DNA of 64,000 nucleotides from assembly GCA_036172245.1 (NCBI GenBank), contig JAYWIR010000056.1, positions 496,001-560,000 on the forward strand. The letters run 5' to 3'. Positions within the stretch are counted from its first letter, which is position 1; every line of letters starts with the position of its first letter. Positions 36,601 through 48,446 of this stretch are shown here, piece after piece. The notes under the pieces are model-generated. The model ran no database searches and was not told the DNA's origin. It worked only from the letters and a program-made list of their open reading frames with translations. The DNA is from Raillietiella orientalis (Eukaryota). The position numbers and the translations under genes were made by a program.

Positions 36601-38700
36601 ATTGCAAATGTCAAAGAATCGTTCTGCAAGGCTAAATTCGAAAATCGCATTCGTTCTGTCAGTCCACAGAACGAACCCATTTTTTAAAACATAAACATTA
36701 GCCATCAGTCGTCACAGTAAGCTCCGAGTGAACAAAAACCAAATCTATCTGGACATACAGAAGGGAAAAAAATGGAAGTTCAGGCTTCACGAGTCGGTGT
36801 GATCTTCTGAATTACGGTGAAACATGAAATCTTCAGATGTTGCAGTCATAAGGAACTCCATGTAACAGAAACCAAATCAGAATGTTCGTGCTAGCTGGTG
36901 GACATTTCCACTTCTCCACATGTTGCTTAAAGCAAGACTGCATCTGCATTGCCGCAGGCGGGTGAAAACCACCGTGTCGAAGTCCCTGAGGATGACACGA
37001 CGAGGACACCACACGAAGCGCCCTTTTCAAGACCTCGACACGAGTAACTCTATACACAGTCGTGGAAATCAAGGATTTTAGACGTGAACGCCTCAAAATC
37101 ATTAGCTGCCCATGGAAATTGGGATCTGTGGAAGGCGTTGCTGCTGGATGTAAAATTTTCTACCAGGAAGCAAAACGTTTGAATACAAAAATTGCAAATT
37201 TTTTTTGGCAAAGACGAGAAGGAATCAAAACAGCCATAAATCGAGACAGCATTTTAACTGGCACTCAAATTGTTAGTACTATTTTGGAGTGAGTGAAAAT
37301 AAACATGAAATTACAAAGCTATGGATGCAACACTGTTATCAATCTTGTGTTCAGATTCATGGATAAATGAAATTCCAATAGTATAGCCAAAATTTAATGA
37401 TTGTCACATAGTTACGGGATCACATGGTTATGTAAGTATAGTTTTAAGCCAGGTTTTTCAGACTTTTGATTTTTTCGACATTTACTTTTATAGAGTTCTC
37501 TGTAATATAATCATTTAGGGGCATCGGCTTGGGTGGGAGTGAAAGTGCCAACATTCAAAGAGCACTAAAGCTCTGTGCTCCAGTAATCAAAAGTTCCAAT
37601 AATAAACATTTCTAATTTTTCAGCATTCTAATAGATATTTCATCTTCTTAAAAACATAAATCTGTATGAACTTTCTGTTTAAAGTACTCAGTTTGGGAAA
37701 AAGATCAAATCCCACATTAAATTTAATTTATCCTTTTTCACCTAAAGTTTGAAAAGTACTGTTTCAAGGTTCATGACTGATACAGTATATGCTTTAATTA
37801 AAATATGGGGAAACACAAAGAAGGGCAATTACAGTAACAATGTAAAGTTTAATATTGTGCAGACAAGGAAAAAACTTGACTTATCAGCTCAATATGTCAG
37901 CCTTGACTAGGCTTCTGAATATTATATCCAGCAGACAGGTTATCCACGCATTCTAACCCTTGAGAGATGAATCAATGGGATTAATCGTATACTTCACAAT
38001 TAATTCAGTAAGAATTATTAGAGCATAACATCTATGAGGAAACACAGTGAAATTACATATTCCAGTAAACGCTTGTGAAGATACTTTCCAAATTTGTGCT
38101 ACCTAAAGATTTATGCCTAAAGGTGAAAGTCAAAGACATTCACGCACAAGGTAAACATACTGACATTCAAGATTACAATATGACAAATGATTTCCAAATT
38201 TTATGAATCAGAAATATTGATATTAAAATCAATCAAAGCACTACTGATGTTGACTAGCTTAAATGAGATTTTTAAGGTTTGATGGTACATGTTTGCAAAT
38301 AATGAAAGCTAACCAGAAAAACAAATGAAAATAAGGTTTTTGAAAATCTCCATAGTTTGTGTGAGATATGGGTGATGCACATATGTGATATGGGTAATGC
38401 ATGCAATAACTGTGCACATCCTGGTGCAAGACTCACAGTTGAGACTTTGTTTCTTCCATGTTATGCTGCTGCAAAATGCAATGCATGAATGTGCAAAACA
38501 CTGAGCAATACATGAAGTTATATGACAGATTAATAATATTTATGATACATATGCATAATTCAGAAAGTGTCAAATGCAATTCTCATGCAGGTTCCTCAGT
38601 TCCTAGATCTTTTCGCACAACGTTAGAGAATAAATATAAAACGCAAAAAATATCAAAGCAGATAGGATCCAAAAATGAGTTTTTATTAAGAGCCACCAAT

Positions 38701-39585
38701 TCAATATGGTATAATTTTCTGGAGTATTTCTAGAGAATTTTGGATTTCATCTCTGCCCAATGTATACAACAATGGTGTAACAACAGTCTATACATTAACA
38801 AAAGCCTGAATCTTTTTTTTTAAAAAGCTAAATACTACCTGGAAAAAAAGTGAAGGCTTATGAAAGTGTAGAGTCATGGTTAAATTAGTGTACTTCCATG
38901 CTAATGTTTTCATTTGAATTTCCACGTGAGGTTTCAGTAAAGAATCAGATTCCAGAACTATTTCCAAATAAGGCTTATATTCGACCACTTTGAAAATTAT
39001 TCCATATTCCCCTACAAGACACTTTGACAATTCCATGATGGGCAATGATGAACATAACAGAAATTGACAACATATGGGCACAACTTACCGAAATACGGCA
39101 AATCATAAACTGCCTTGTAAAATTTATTCTTACCAAGGGGTTTCTGATCTAGCTCCACTACATAAGATACCAAAGAAAGCCACTAAAAACAAGAAATTAA
39201 TGTTCCACGTTTACTACAACCAATAAAAATAATAATAATAATAAATTATCCAAAAGTCATCAAACACGCATCTCAAGAACGTGTCAAATAAATGAATTGG
39301 GGTTAATTTTTTTTTAAAAAAAAAAAATTGCTAGAAAAGGGGAATCTATCAAGTACTTGAATTTCACCTCGCAAAGAAATCAGAAAGAAAATACGATTTA
39401 CCTACTTTTCCAATATGCCGAATATTACTAACAAAATCTAGTAATCGCTTTTCATCTACTTCAAAAACCTTACATCCACGAATCTCCCAATAGTTCACAT
39501 TTGAAATGTTTGTGTAACATAATACGAAGTATGGAACAACAACACAAAGCAAATACCTACATATTTTTCTCAACCCAATCGTCAT
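38701..39585 (-). CDS. SRPBCC/START-like (polyketide cyclase/lipid transport) fold protein with an N-terminal membrane anchor, 177 aa, 4 exons
   Basis: Exons 39406-39585, 39089-39182, 38839-39011, 38701-38787 join in phase from ATG to TGA. The hydrophobic stretch YLLCVVVPYFVLCY precedes an SRPBCC-like pattern: RLLDFVSNIRHIGK|WLSLVSYV, KPLGKNKFY, FKVVEYKP, and a terminal helix IQNSLEILQKII. The gene model is strong; the fold call is by pattern only. Confidence 0.75.
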
Positions 39586-39659
39586 TAAAAAATTAAAAAC
39601 AGATTAAGAGAACTTATATGCCGTGTAATTCGGAGCCACTCATTTTCGAGAGGATAAGA

Positions 39660-39870
39660 GATGGGCACATCACAGCACGCCTGTCCGTCTCTCGGACCAC
39701 ACTCTGAGCCTCATGCTGGTTTCACCTTCACCCCGACTTGGTCGGGAGTCGGCAGCGGCCGGGAAGCGGACGCCCTCAGGGCTTCGGGGGCCCCGAGCAG
39801 GGATGCCTCGTGCCGCGGGCGCTCCAGCCACTGGGTTGTGGAAGCGGAGCACACCGTAACCTCTCATCAC
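39660..39870 (-). promoter_or_regulatory. GC/CpG-rich island just upstream of the SRPBCC gene (candidate promoter or 5' UTR)
   Basis: Sharp CpG-rich block in very AT-rich surroundings, about 75-285 bp 5' of the ATG at 39585. Confidence 0.35.
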
Positions 39871-40755
39871 GGAAGAAAAAATCGTAAATTATAAATTGAA
39901 AATTAAAGAATCGATGGATTCCCCGAGTTTATTCCTGTGTTGCAGATAAACGGATGCGTAAATTGGCGTGTCGCGATAGGTTCCTTGGCAACGGATTCTT
40001 TCGATAGGAAATCCTGCTGATCCCCCGATGTAGGAGCCTTCCTACCGTTGGCTTCGCCAACTCTTTCACTGTCTTTTTTCTTTCGTTTGGTAGCCCAGTT
40101 CAGTTATTACTTCACAAAGTATACTATACTGGCTTTGTTTAAGAGCTTCGAGTGTGTTGTTTACTTCAATTTTACACTGCAAACAACTTCGCAGATGATC
40201 ATTAGGATGTTAATTCTTGTCCACCACAGTACGTATTTAAACAAAAAAAAAAACAGCAAAAAAATTGAGATTATCAACAAGTCTTGGCTCTCGAAAATCA
40301 AATGATAGCTCGCAATTGATTGTCCAAGACTTGTTTGAATCATCGATAGAGAATAATGATGATAAACTTCCAAATTCTTTAAACATTTGCAACAAGGTCC
40401 GGAGGAAGCCCACAAATATGTGAGTTTAACGGCTCCAGACTTCACATGTTCATATTTTCATGTCAGCTATGGACGTCATTTTGTCATAATTGGTTAGAAC
40501 TTGCAAACAAACCTGCCGTTGACAAGCCCCATTCATATTTCAAGTACCTGTTATCCTTTCAGATGTCCTTTCTCAAACGGAAACGGCCTTTATTTGCTGC
40601 ATACTGAAAATGCCATCCAAGGGATTCTGCAATCTCAGTAAAGTATGAACTTATGGAGGATATTAACACTGGCGATTGGCCAGTTATATGTAGTAAAAAC
40701 ATCAGATCATTAGGCCACAATAATAAAACTTGGGACCAAAAGCAAACAAAGGAAT

Positions 40756-41795
40756 GAACAAAGTCCGCGTTGGAGGCCTTGTCGTTAAGACTTCCGTGTG
40801 TGGTACCGTGCGTCGCGGGTTCGAATACTTCGGCAGAAACTCTGACGCCACTGCGTCGTTTGGGTTCCGAGTTTCTCCTGCAAGATGGCGCTGGCTGGCC
40901 GAGACATTCGGGCGTGGCCCCGGTGGTGGTTTAAGCCGGAAGTCCCCGATGAAGGCCGACGCAATGGAAGTCGACCTTCCGGTCCTTCTCGGAATCAAGG
41001 AGTGGGGAGTTCCCCCTCCTGTCGTGCAACGGAGAGCGGACCCCCCGCTTTCCCACCGGGGGACCCCTCCGGTTTCAAGATGGAGCAGGAGCCCGCACGG
41101 GCACCTCTCCAGTTGTTCAAAGGAGCGGACCCTCCCTCTGTTGCGGGGGGGATCCTCCGAGTCTCCCCTCTCCAGAAAATGCAAGGAAGCAAGCGAGAGC
41201 GATTCCTTGCGTGAAGCTGCAGCGCCCCTTCTGAGTTTCGGAAGCGTCCCTTCGGGGTTCTCTCCAGAGGAGTGAACAGGAGCGGTTCCCTTGCGGGTTC
41301 CCTCCGGAGAAGTTGAAATCGAGAAGACCACCCCCCTCCCAGGGGGTGTCCCTCCGGAGAGAATGAGGAAGGGGAGATTCCCTTCGGGGTTCCCCTTCGG
41401 AGACAACCAGGGTTGGAGGTGCGATCCCCCCCCGTCTGGGGGGATCCCTTCTCAATCGTGAGAGGAACGGACTCCGAGCCTTTCCTGGATTCATAGGGCG
41501 GACCTACATCCCGGGGTGCCCCCTATCCTGAAGAATTGCACGCCCCCCTGCGGGTTGCCGCGGGCGAAGAGGCGTGGAAACAAAACAGTGTGTTAAAAAG
41601 AGCCACGTGCGCCGCAAGGCACGCGACCGGCTCTGAGGTACTTAGCGAAAAAAAAAAAAAAGAAAACTCTTAAAAAAAAAAAAAAGCTGAAAGAAAAGCA
41701 GCATACAGAGGAAAAAAAATTTCCATCGTCCTAGGCCAATAGTAACGATCTCCTCGTGAGAGTCGCTACTGGCCTTTAAAAAAAAAAAAAAAAAA
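40756..41795 (+). mobile_element. tRNA-derived SINE, full-length divergent copy with TSD and poly(A) tail
   Basis: B-box GGTTCGAATAC near 40818. Same body organisation as the 28370 copy, with a 3' hairpin (41734-41774) and poly(A). Flanked by the 12-bp direct repeat AAACAAAGGAAT (40744-40755 and 41796-41807). Confidence 0.85.
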
Positions 41796-43274
41796 AAACA
41801 AAGGAATATGGCAAGCGTGTGGGCTCAATTAGATTGTTTGTTGGTTGTTTTTTAGTTGTTTAGAAGGCGATATTTGTTCGAATGACATTGAGCCTGAAAA
41901 ACTTGGGGACACGCCTAAGTCTAAAAAATAAATGTAACTCTTTGGGGTTGCTGACCGCTTCTGTTATTGCGACTGCAATGATTGAGGTCACTGGAGCCAC
42001 TTTTGCTAGGGCTAGGGAAAGATGCCATTTGTTTTCTTTATGTTTACGTGGTGTTCCATGCAAGATTGTGACCCGTTCTGTCTATCCGTCGAAATGAATG
42101 CTGCTGTCTTCGTGTAAGAGTGGTAAGATCTGCGTACAGATCCTCGTTAAATTTTTCTTAAAATTCAAAGTGGACCACCCCCAAGTACCCGGGAAGCATC
42201 ACGAACTTTTCCGTTCTTCGAGAAAGAGAAAGGAAAAAAAAGAGGATTCGTTTTGCATTTTCGTCTGGATATTAAACTTTCATTTTTTTTTTTTTTTTTT
42301 CGTGTCGGTTTCGTTTCAGAAATCGAATCGCTCAAGTGTGAAGAACCTCCTGTATATAAAGTTCACTTGCCAAAGGTTCACGTGGGAGCAGAGGGCGGTG
42401 CCTGCTCTGTGCAGCCCTTCCCCCCGGATCCGTTCATTTCTTCTCCAATCCTCCTCATCCACTGCTGTCCCCCGTCCCCGACCTCCCATGTACCGTTCTG
42501 GAATGGCACATGAAAAATCGACAGGCAAGGGCCCCACTATGTAGATGATGCTCCTCTTTTCTGGAAATTGGCTGCTCCGTGTCCACCGAGTCATCAGCAG
42601 AAACGAAGCGCACGGGGAAACGAAATGGCTGTTCCACCACGCTGCCGCCGTCGGCGAGCCGTGATCGACCTGACGGTGGTCGAATCAGGTCAAGAAGAAG
42701 TTCGTAATCCAACGAAGCTGGTCAGTCGCGCTGTTGTGCCATCCAAGCTGGAAGCGTGGTCATGTGACGAAACTACAAAAGTCAACGATTTTCCGATGCG
42801 TGCTGAAGATCCACGCTAACCCACTCTGCCTCCGGACCAACAGATGCAAAAGGAAAGCCGATGAGAAGATGAACCACATCTTCTTCTGATTCTTTAAGAC
42901 GATTTTTCCTCTCTTCCCTCCAGCTTTGGTGGCGAGAAGACGTTGAGAGTGGACATCATGTGTACACCCAGTATTTGAGCAGTGCCTTCTAGTGTACGTA
43001 CAACATTTGTTCCCTTTGAACGGTTTCCCCCCCCCCCCCCATTCCAACAAAATCACCGTCCCTTTGACCTGGTTCTTCCTCGATGATACGGAAACGGCAG
43101 CGTAGCAGCCAGCTCACTGGAACCTGGAAACCGATCGTGTTACATAGCGGCAAGCACAACAGCGATTACTACTAATAAACACAGCTTTTTTTCTGGAGCC
43201 CGAGTCATATGTTTTCGACACTCAAAAGGCAGACATGGCAAAACACCTCCCATGTTCATTTTCTTTTTGTCCTT

Positions 43275-43574
43275 TTAATTAACACTCCCCATTTTCAATG
43301 CCGGGTAATTATTTTTGTTCACCAGTAGGTACGCCGCGAGGTAATCAACAGGATCAGAGGGTCTCTCTTTCACCAGGTGAACAAGTGCGTTTTTCAAAAT
43401 AGGCACAACCGTCGCTTCCAGGTACTGTCGCCTTGGTAGGATCTGAACATCGCAACCCGCCAGCCGGGAATCGGGAGCTTCAGCAAAGAGGTTCAGCTCG
43501 TAAGACAATATCCGAAGGACGTCAGCAGACAAGCCGGCGGCGGACAGATCATCGGAAAATGGTTGGCAATCCAT
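43275..43574 (-). CDS. DPY30: DPY30-like protein (Dpy-30 motif), 99 aa, intronless
   Basis: ORF from ATG at 43574 contains GLSADVLRIL...VQILPRRQYLEATVVPILKNALVHLVKERPSDPVDYLAAYLL, matching recalled DPY30 [39 protein letters not shown]. Confidence 0.85.
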   Translation of the reverse strand: MDCQPFSDDLSAAGLSADVLRILSYELNLFAEAPDSRLAGCDVQILPRRQYLEATVVPILKNALVHLVKERPSDPVDYLAAYLLVNKNNYPALKMGSVN

Positions 43575-44142
43575 TTCCTGTTCCGGCGTCGTGGTCGGCT
43601 TCAACGGTTCGCTGTTGGCGTGGGACGCGCCCCACGCTCCATGCTGCTTGCCGTAGAGCGGACAATAAAGAGTGCACCAAGAATGCTTCTAATAATCACT
43701 TCACCGTTCCACTCCGAGAGTCTGCAGGGGTGCCTCCCTCCGCAAACTCTGAGAATGCGAAATTCCATGAACATGCGAACCGTTCCCATCGTGTGGAATT
43801 TAGGTTTTTCGCGGAGCAGACTGCGAAGCACTGCATAACGCACAGAGGTGCGGATTGCACATTTGCCTTGCATCGATGCCTGGAGGGGAAAACAGAAAGC
43901 CCTAAGTGTTGGATTGCTGGTTATCGGTTGATTCCCACACTCTCCTGTTTCCGTTCAAGAATGCCGTTCACTCTGCAGAAGAGATCTGTCCGCCACGATG
44001 GGCACACCGTACCTGTTGATAGTACAAACATCACCATTCCTGTAGTGTAAAATCCCCTTAAAGATCCAGCACCGCTTGCATCTTGAAATGGATCCTCCTC
44101 CAGCATTTTTTTTTGATAATTTTTTAGTGTGGTGGGTAAGGA

Positions 44143-44421
44143 TTACACCGGCGTATGCCTTCCTATGAAATTGTACGCCTCTTGTGTCTTATGTTTGTCA
44201 AAACAACCGTTTTCTCTTAATTGATCATAATCAGTCGGTGTTTTGCCAGATTTGTCAGGTTGATCTGTTTTTGCTCCAGCTTTCACCGATTCTTTTACTA
44301 TTTCCGCTTCGTGCGGATTTAAATCATTCTTTCGACCACCAGCAAAGATTGTGGTGTACGTGATACCTTGCTTTCCATCAAACCCACTTTGATCTACATG
44401 ACTTGCTATTATGTAATACAA
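44143..44421 (-). pseudogene. Isolated ankyrin-repeat fragment
   Basis: HEAEIVKESVKAGAKTDQPDKSGKTPTDY fits the ankyrin consensus EIVKLLLKAGADVNAKDKDGRTPLHY. No introns, and key hydrophobic positions are eroded. Confidence 0.5.
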
Positions 44422-47400
44422 AAACCGAAAAATTCAAATAATTCCAAGGGGAAAACGAAGGAAGGGTTCAACAGATTCAGGACTTTTTGTTTTTTCTTTC
44501 TTCCCCTGCAAAGCAAGGAAATGAGTCATCATGAACTTCTTGCAATTAGGAAGAAGAGTGAGTTTCGGTTACGAGTTTTACAAACTGTTTTCATTTGTTC
44601 CTTTTTATGGAAATGTATCTAGGAAATGATTCTTATCCACAAGAATCTTGATTTGTTCTCCAAATCTTGGAAGAAAAGAAAGATGAAGAAAAGACTTGTC
44701 TGACATCGAATTGGATATATAATTTGTTTTTTGTTTTTGTTTTTATAGACATCAAACAGCCTTCAAATGAATCGCAAGCACGTAATTGGAAACTCTTATT
44801 CATTAGAACTCATACTGTCCAAGGAAATAAAGAACAGAGTACCAATAGGAACTCAAAAATGCTTTAGAAAAAATGCTATGGAAGACAATAGAAAAAGATT
44901 TTAAGTACACGTATTGTTCAGACTGACGTGTCATAACTCGAAGACGAAGGATCCAAGGATAGAAGGACCTAAACCTGAAAATCATGGAAAACAAGGAGGA
45001 GGGCAAAAACCCAACGATAAATCTTTTGGATCCGCAGTGACCAGAAAAATGATCCTGACAAACCGTATACCATTAGAAATGCCAGGATAGCATTTTTACG
45101 TCCTTTCAGAACCAAAATCAGAAAGACACGCATTCCAAATAATAAGTAAAAGTATCGCAATCACATAACGAATTAAGCTGCTTCCCGGCAATGAGCTGCA
45201 TCGAATCGCCAGCCAATGCAAAGACATGCAAGGTCAAGTGAGATGCGGAATGTCAACGTTGTCCAGGATGACTCCGAGGCAGAATTCAGTGTTACGAGAT
45301 TCACAATTCGTAGCTAACCAGAATTCATCCAGTTTTCCTGGAGAAAATAATGGGACCAAGCTATCCAAAAGAGATCCTGAGAGCGAGCATTCTATTTTGC
45401 AAACCGGGATTTTAGGGTTCACTGCATTGGGGGAGTTGGGAGCACAGGCGCATCAAAGCTTAGAAACGCTACTATAAGAAGAAATGAGCATTAATCGTCG
45501 TGCATTCCCGCCAATTTGTTGTTTCTGGAAACTCAAAAAAATTCATGATGGCTGGGACAACATGCAAAATCGTGAAGCGTTTCAAAAGTCACTCTCTCTT
45601 GCAAAAAGGTAGGAAAGACGGAGTGTTCGTTCAGAAATGCTTTTCCTAGAAACGAATGAAGTTTCCACAGCTTTCAGGCAATGCAATCGAAAACTCATTG
45701 AAATGCATTTCGTTCTTTTTTTTTTTTTTTTTCCGAGTTTGAAATCTGGAGGTGGATGGTTTGAATGTCTCTTCACAGCACGATCAATAGAGCTCATTGG
45801 AACAGCCTTCTGACCAATCAAGAATCCATGACTCCAGTGTCCAAGAAAAGTTTGGTCAAAGCACGAGGCTCATTTCACTGAGCACTGCTTTAAAGATGAA
45901 CGAGAGAGGAAAGATGCTTCGATTCCTGCGCCCCCCGCATCATCCAGTGGGACCATCAAACAGAAAGCGACTGCCTTCAGTCCCTAAAAATCCGGTTGTC
46001 GCTTCCATTTCAAGAAGGATGGAAAGCACAAGGGCAAAAAATTAGGAACGTCTCTCGAGATGCTCTGCAGCAGTTTCGTCCTCATTGTTTCCATGGTTGC
46101 ACTGCAAGCCCTCGGTAGCTTCATCCCTGACGGCTTGCATTTGCGAGCGATCGAATCCCCCCCAACGCTGGAGTGACCCACGCCGGCTACTCCCCACACG
46201 CGAGCGCTCCTGAAACAGCCAATACGTGGACCGGCACACTGCAGGCTCTTTGCCTGCAAGAACACATCAGCGTCGCGTCTCTCAGCAACGGAGGGTGGAA
46301 TGTGATGCCAGAAACCTTCCCGGATGGTTTTGTGTCGGCATCCCCATGGTCCATGTGGGAGAGGGTTTGCCCAGTTCGCAGCCTAGCAATGCAAAAAAGC
46401 TAATGCGTTTCGAGAAACAAAGGCGCTACTGGAAGGAGCGAATGCATTTCACGCTGATGCATTCGAAGTGTGTCTGCAAGAGTTCCAATGTGAATTCCTT
46501 GCAGCACAAGTACACCAAGCACCACTTCGACCATTTCCATGCCGTATCGTTTCAGATTGCACGTTTTAATTCACTGATTTTTGCGTTGCATCCCAGCTAG
46601 CAGCAATGTCTTGGTATCCATTCAGCAAATACGAACGTTCGCATCTATTAGGGCCTCATCGAATTTCCAATGGTGCTGCAACACGTGCTAGGCAAGCTAT
46701 CGATGCTCCTCCATAACCAATGGTAACGAAGCCTACTTTTGGGAAGTACCCTCACTCCAATGTTTGATCGTTAGGTACACTCCGGCCACCCAAGGTACGC
46801 GCGCCCTCGGCAACCCTGTCCAAGAGTGGAACCCGAACGCATGCTCTGGTAAGTCTCATTTTCATTTCATCAAATGTCATTCATGACTTTGTAACCTTTG
46901 TTTCAAAACCGCAGACTCAAAGTTGTTTGTAGCCAAGGGGGGATCTGGTCTTACTTTCGCACGTTATGCTTGTCGTGGTCGGTGGTCTTCAGGAGCATGC
47001 TGCGTCAGGAGCGCCTTCCGCTCAAAGAAGTCGGGAAAATGTAGCGAAGAAATGCTTAACCGAGCAATGACTTGAGCTTTCTTTCTTTCCTATCTTTTCC
47101 AAGCTTCCATGTGCTCCTTGTCAACATGCCAAACAACACGAATCAGCAAGATGGCAACGAACACGCCTGGATTTTTGCGAATCACCAAGAGAGACGAAAA
47201 AGATTGAAAACAAAGAAACAGAAGAAAAAAAAATCATGGACAGTTCAGATTGCTGGGAATAACGTACGATGCGATAACTCTCGGTGATTAGCAATTAATT
47301 ATTTCAAGATTTGAAAGTGAAGAATCCAAGACCCTTTGCTCTTCTTTGATTCCTTTGGACTGTATCCAAATCACCGAAACAGGAGGAAGGCACGAAAAGA

Positions 47401-48446
47401 CGGTTGTGAGCTTTGAACGGATACTAGTTTCTATCATTTCACTCTATTTCTCGGCGCTAGGAGCCATGGCACTCTGGTTTGCTTTTCTTTTCCCAAGCAG
47501 AGTTGTCCCGCGTTCACCGAGTCATCGGAAAAAAACAAAGTGCACGAATCTCCAGCAGCAGACCACAAAGAAGTAGCTCCTCCCGAGGAAGAATCTGCTA
47601 CCTATAGCACTGATTGCCGGGCTCTTGGAAAACTCTTCCCGCTACTTGAATCCCGCTTGGGAGCGAACATTATGAAGCAGCCATCGAACCAAGGAGTGGT
47701 TTGGCATGGATGGAAACTTTGGTGTTTCTCAGCAGCTGGGGAATTCGCTCTGCAGCATCCCGCGTCGTACCAAGGATCACGCGACGAATCGGGCAACGTG
47801 AGTTTCACTTCTTTCCGGTGTGCTGCTCGAAATCGAAAATACGAGGAATTTGGTCTTCTTCAGTCCCGAAGTGCACGCGATTTTTCCACCAGTTCGGGAG
47901 AGCAGAGGACCGATTTGTGCAAATCTCACCACACGTACAAAAAAGCATCATCGGTGGAGATTACTTTCCACTTTTTTGCCGGAATCCATATAAAGGAAAA
48001 GAACGGTTTATTCAAAACAGGGAGGGGAAAGAAAAACTCCTCATAGTATTCACATCATCAATCCCTGACGGCGGGGAGGCTCGAATATTGCAGTTGGCGC
48101 TGAAGGATGCACAACAGTCCTGGGGTATCCCGACTGCAGGGGTGCCAGCGGTGTAGTGCGTTCGTTCTTACGACAGGATGGGCGCTTTGGGGGGGAGGGG
48201 GGATGCTGTTTGCGCTAAGCCTCTGTTATGACTCGGATGTGTTCTTCTTCGTTTTAGATGATCCGTTAGGCTGAGAAGGAATTCGAGACGAGTGTGCAAG
48301 GATGGACTTTTGCTTGGGAAACCAGGAGTGCGGCTTCTACTTACAGCTAGTGCAGATGGAATACAAGCTACCATTTGAAAGAAGAGGATCATATCCTCAG
48401 GCTTCTTGAATTCTAAACTCAGATTTTAATTGTAGTTCTCCTCGCA

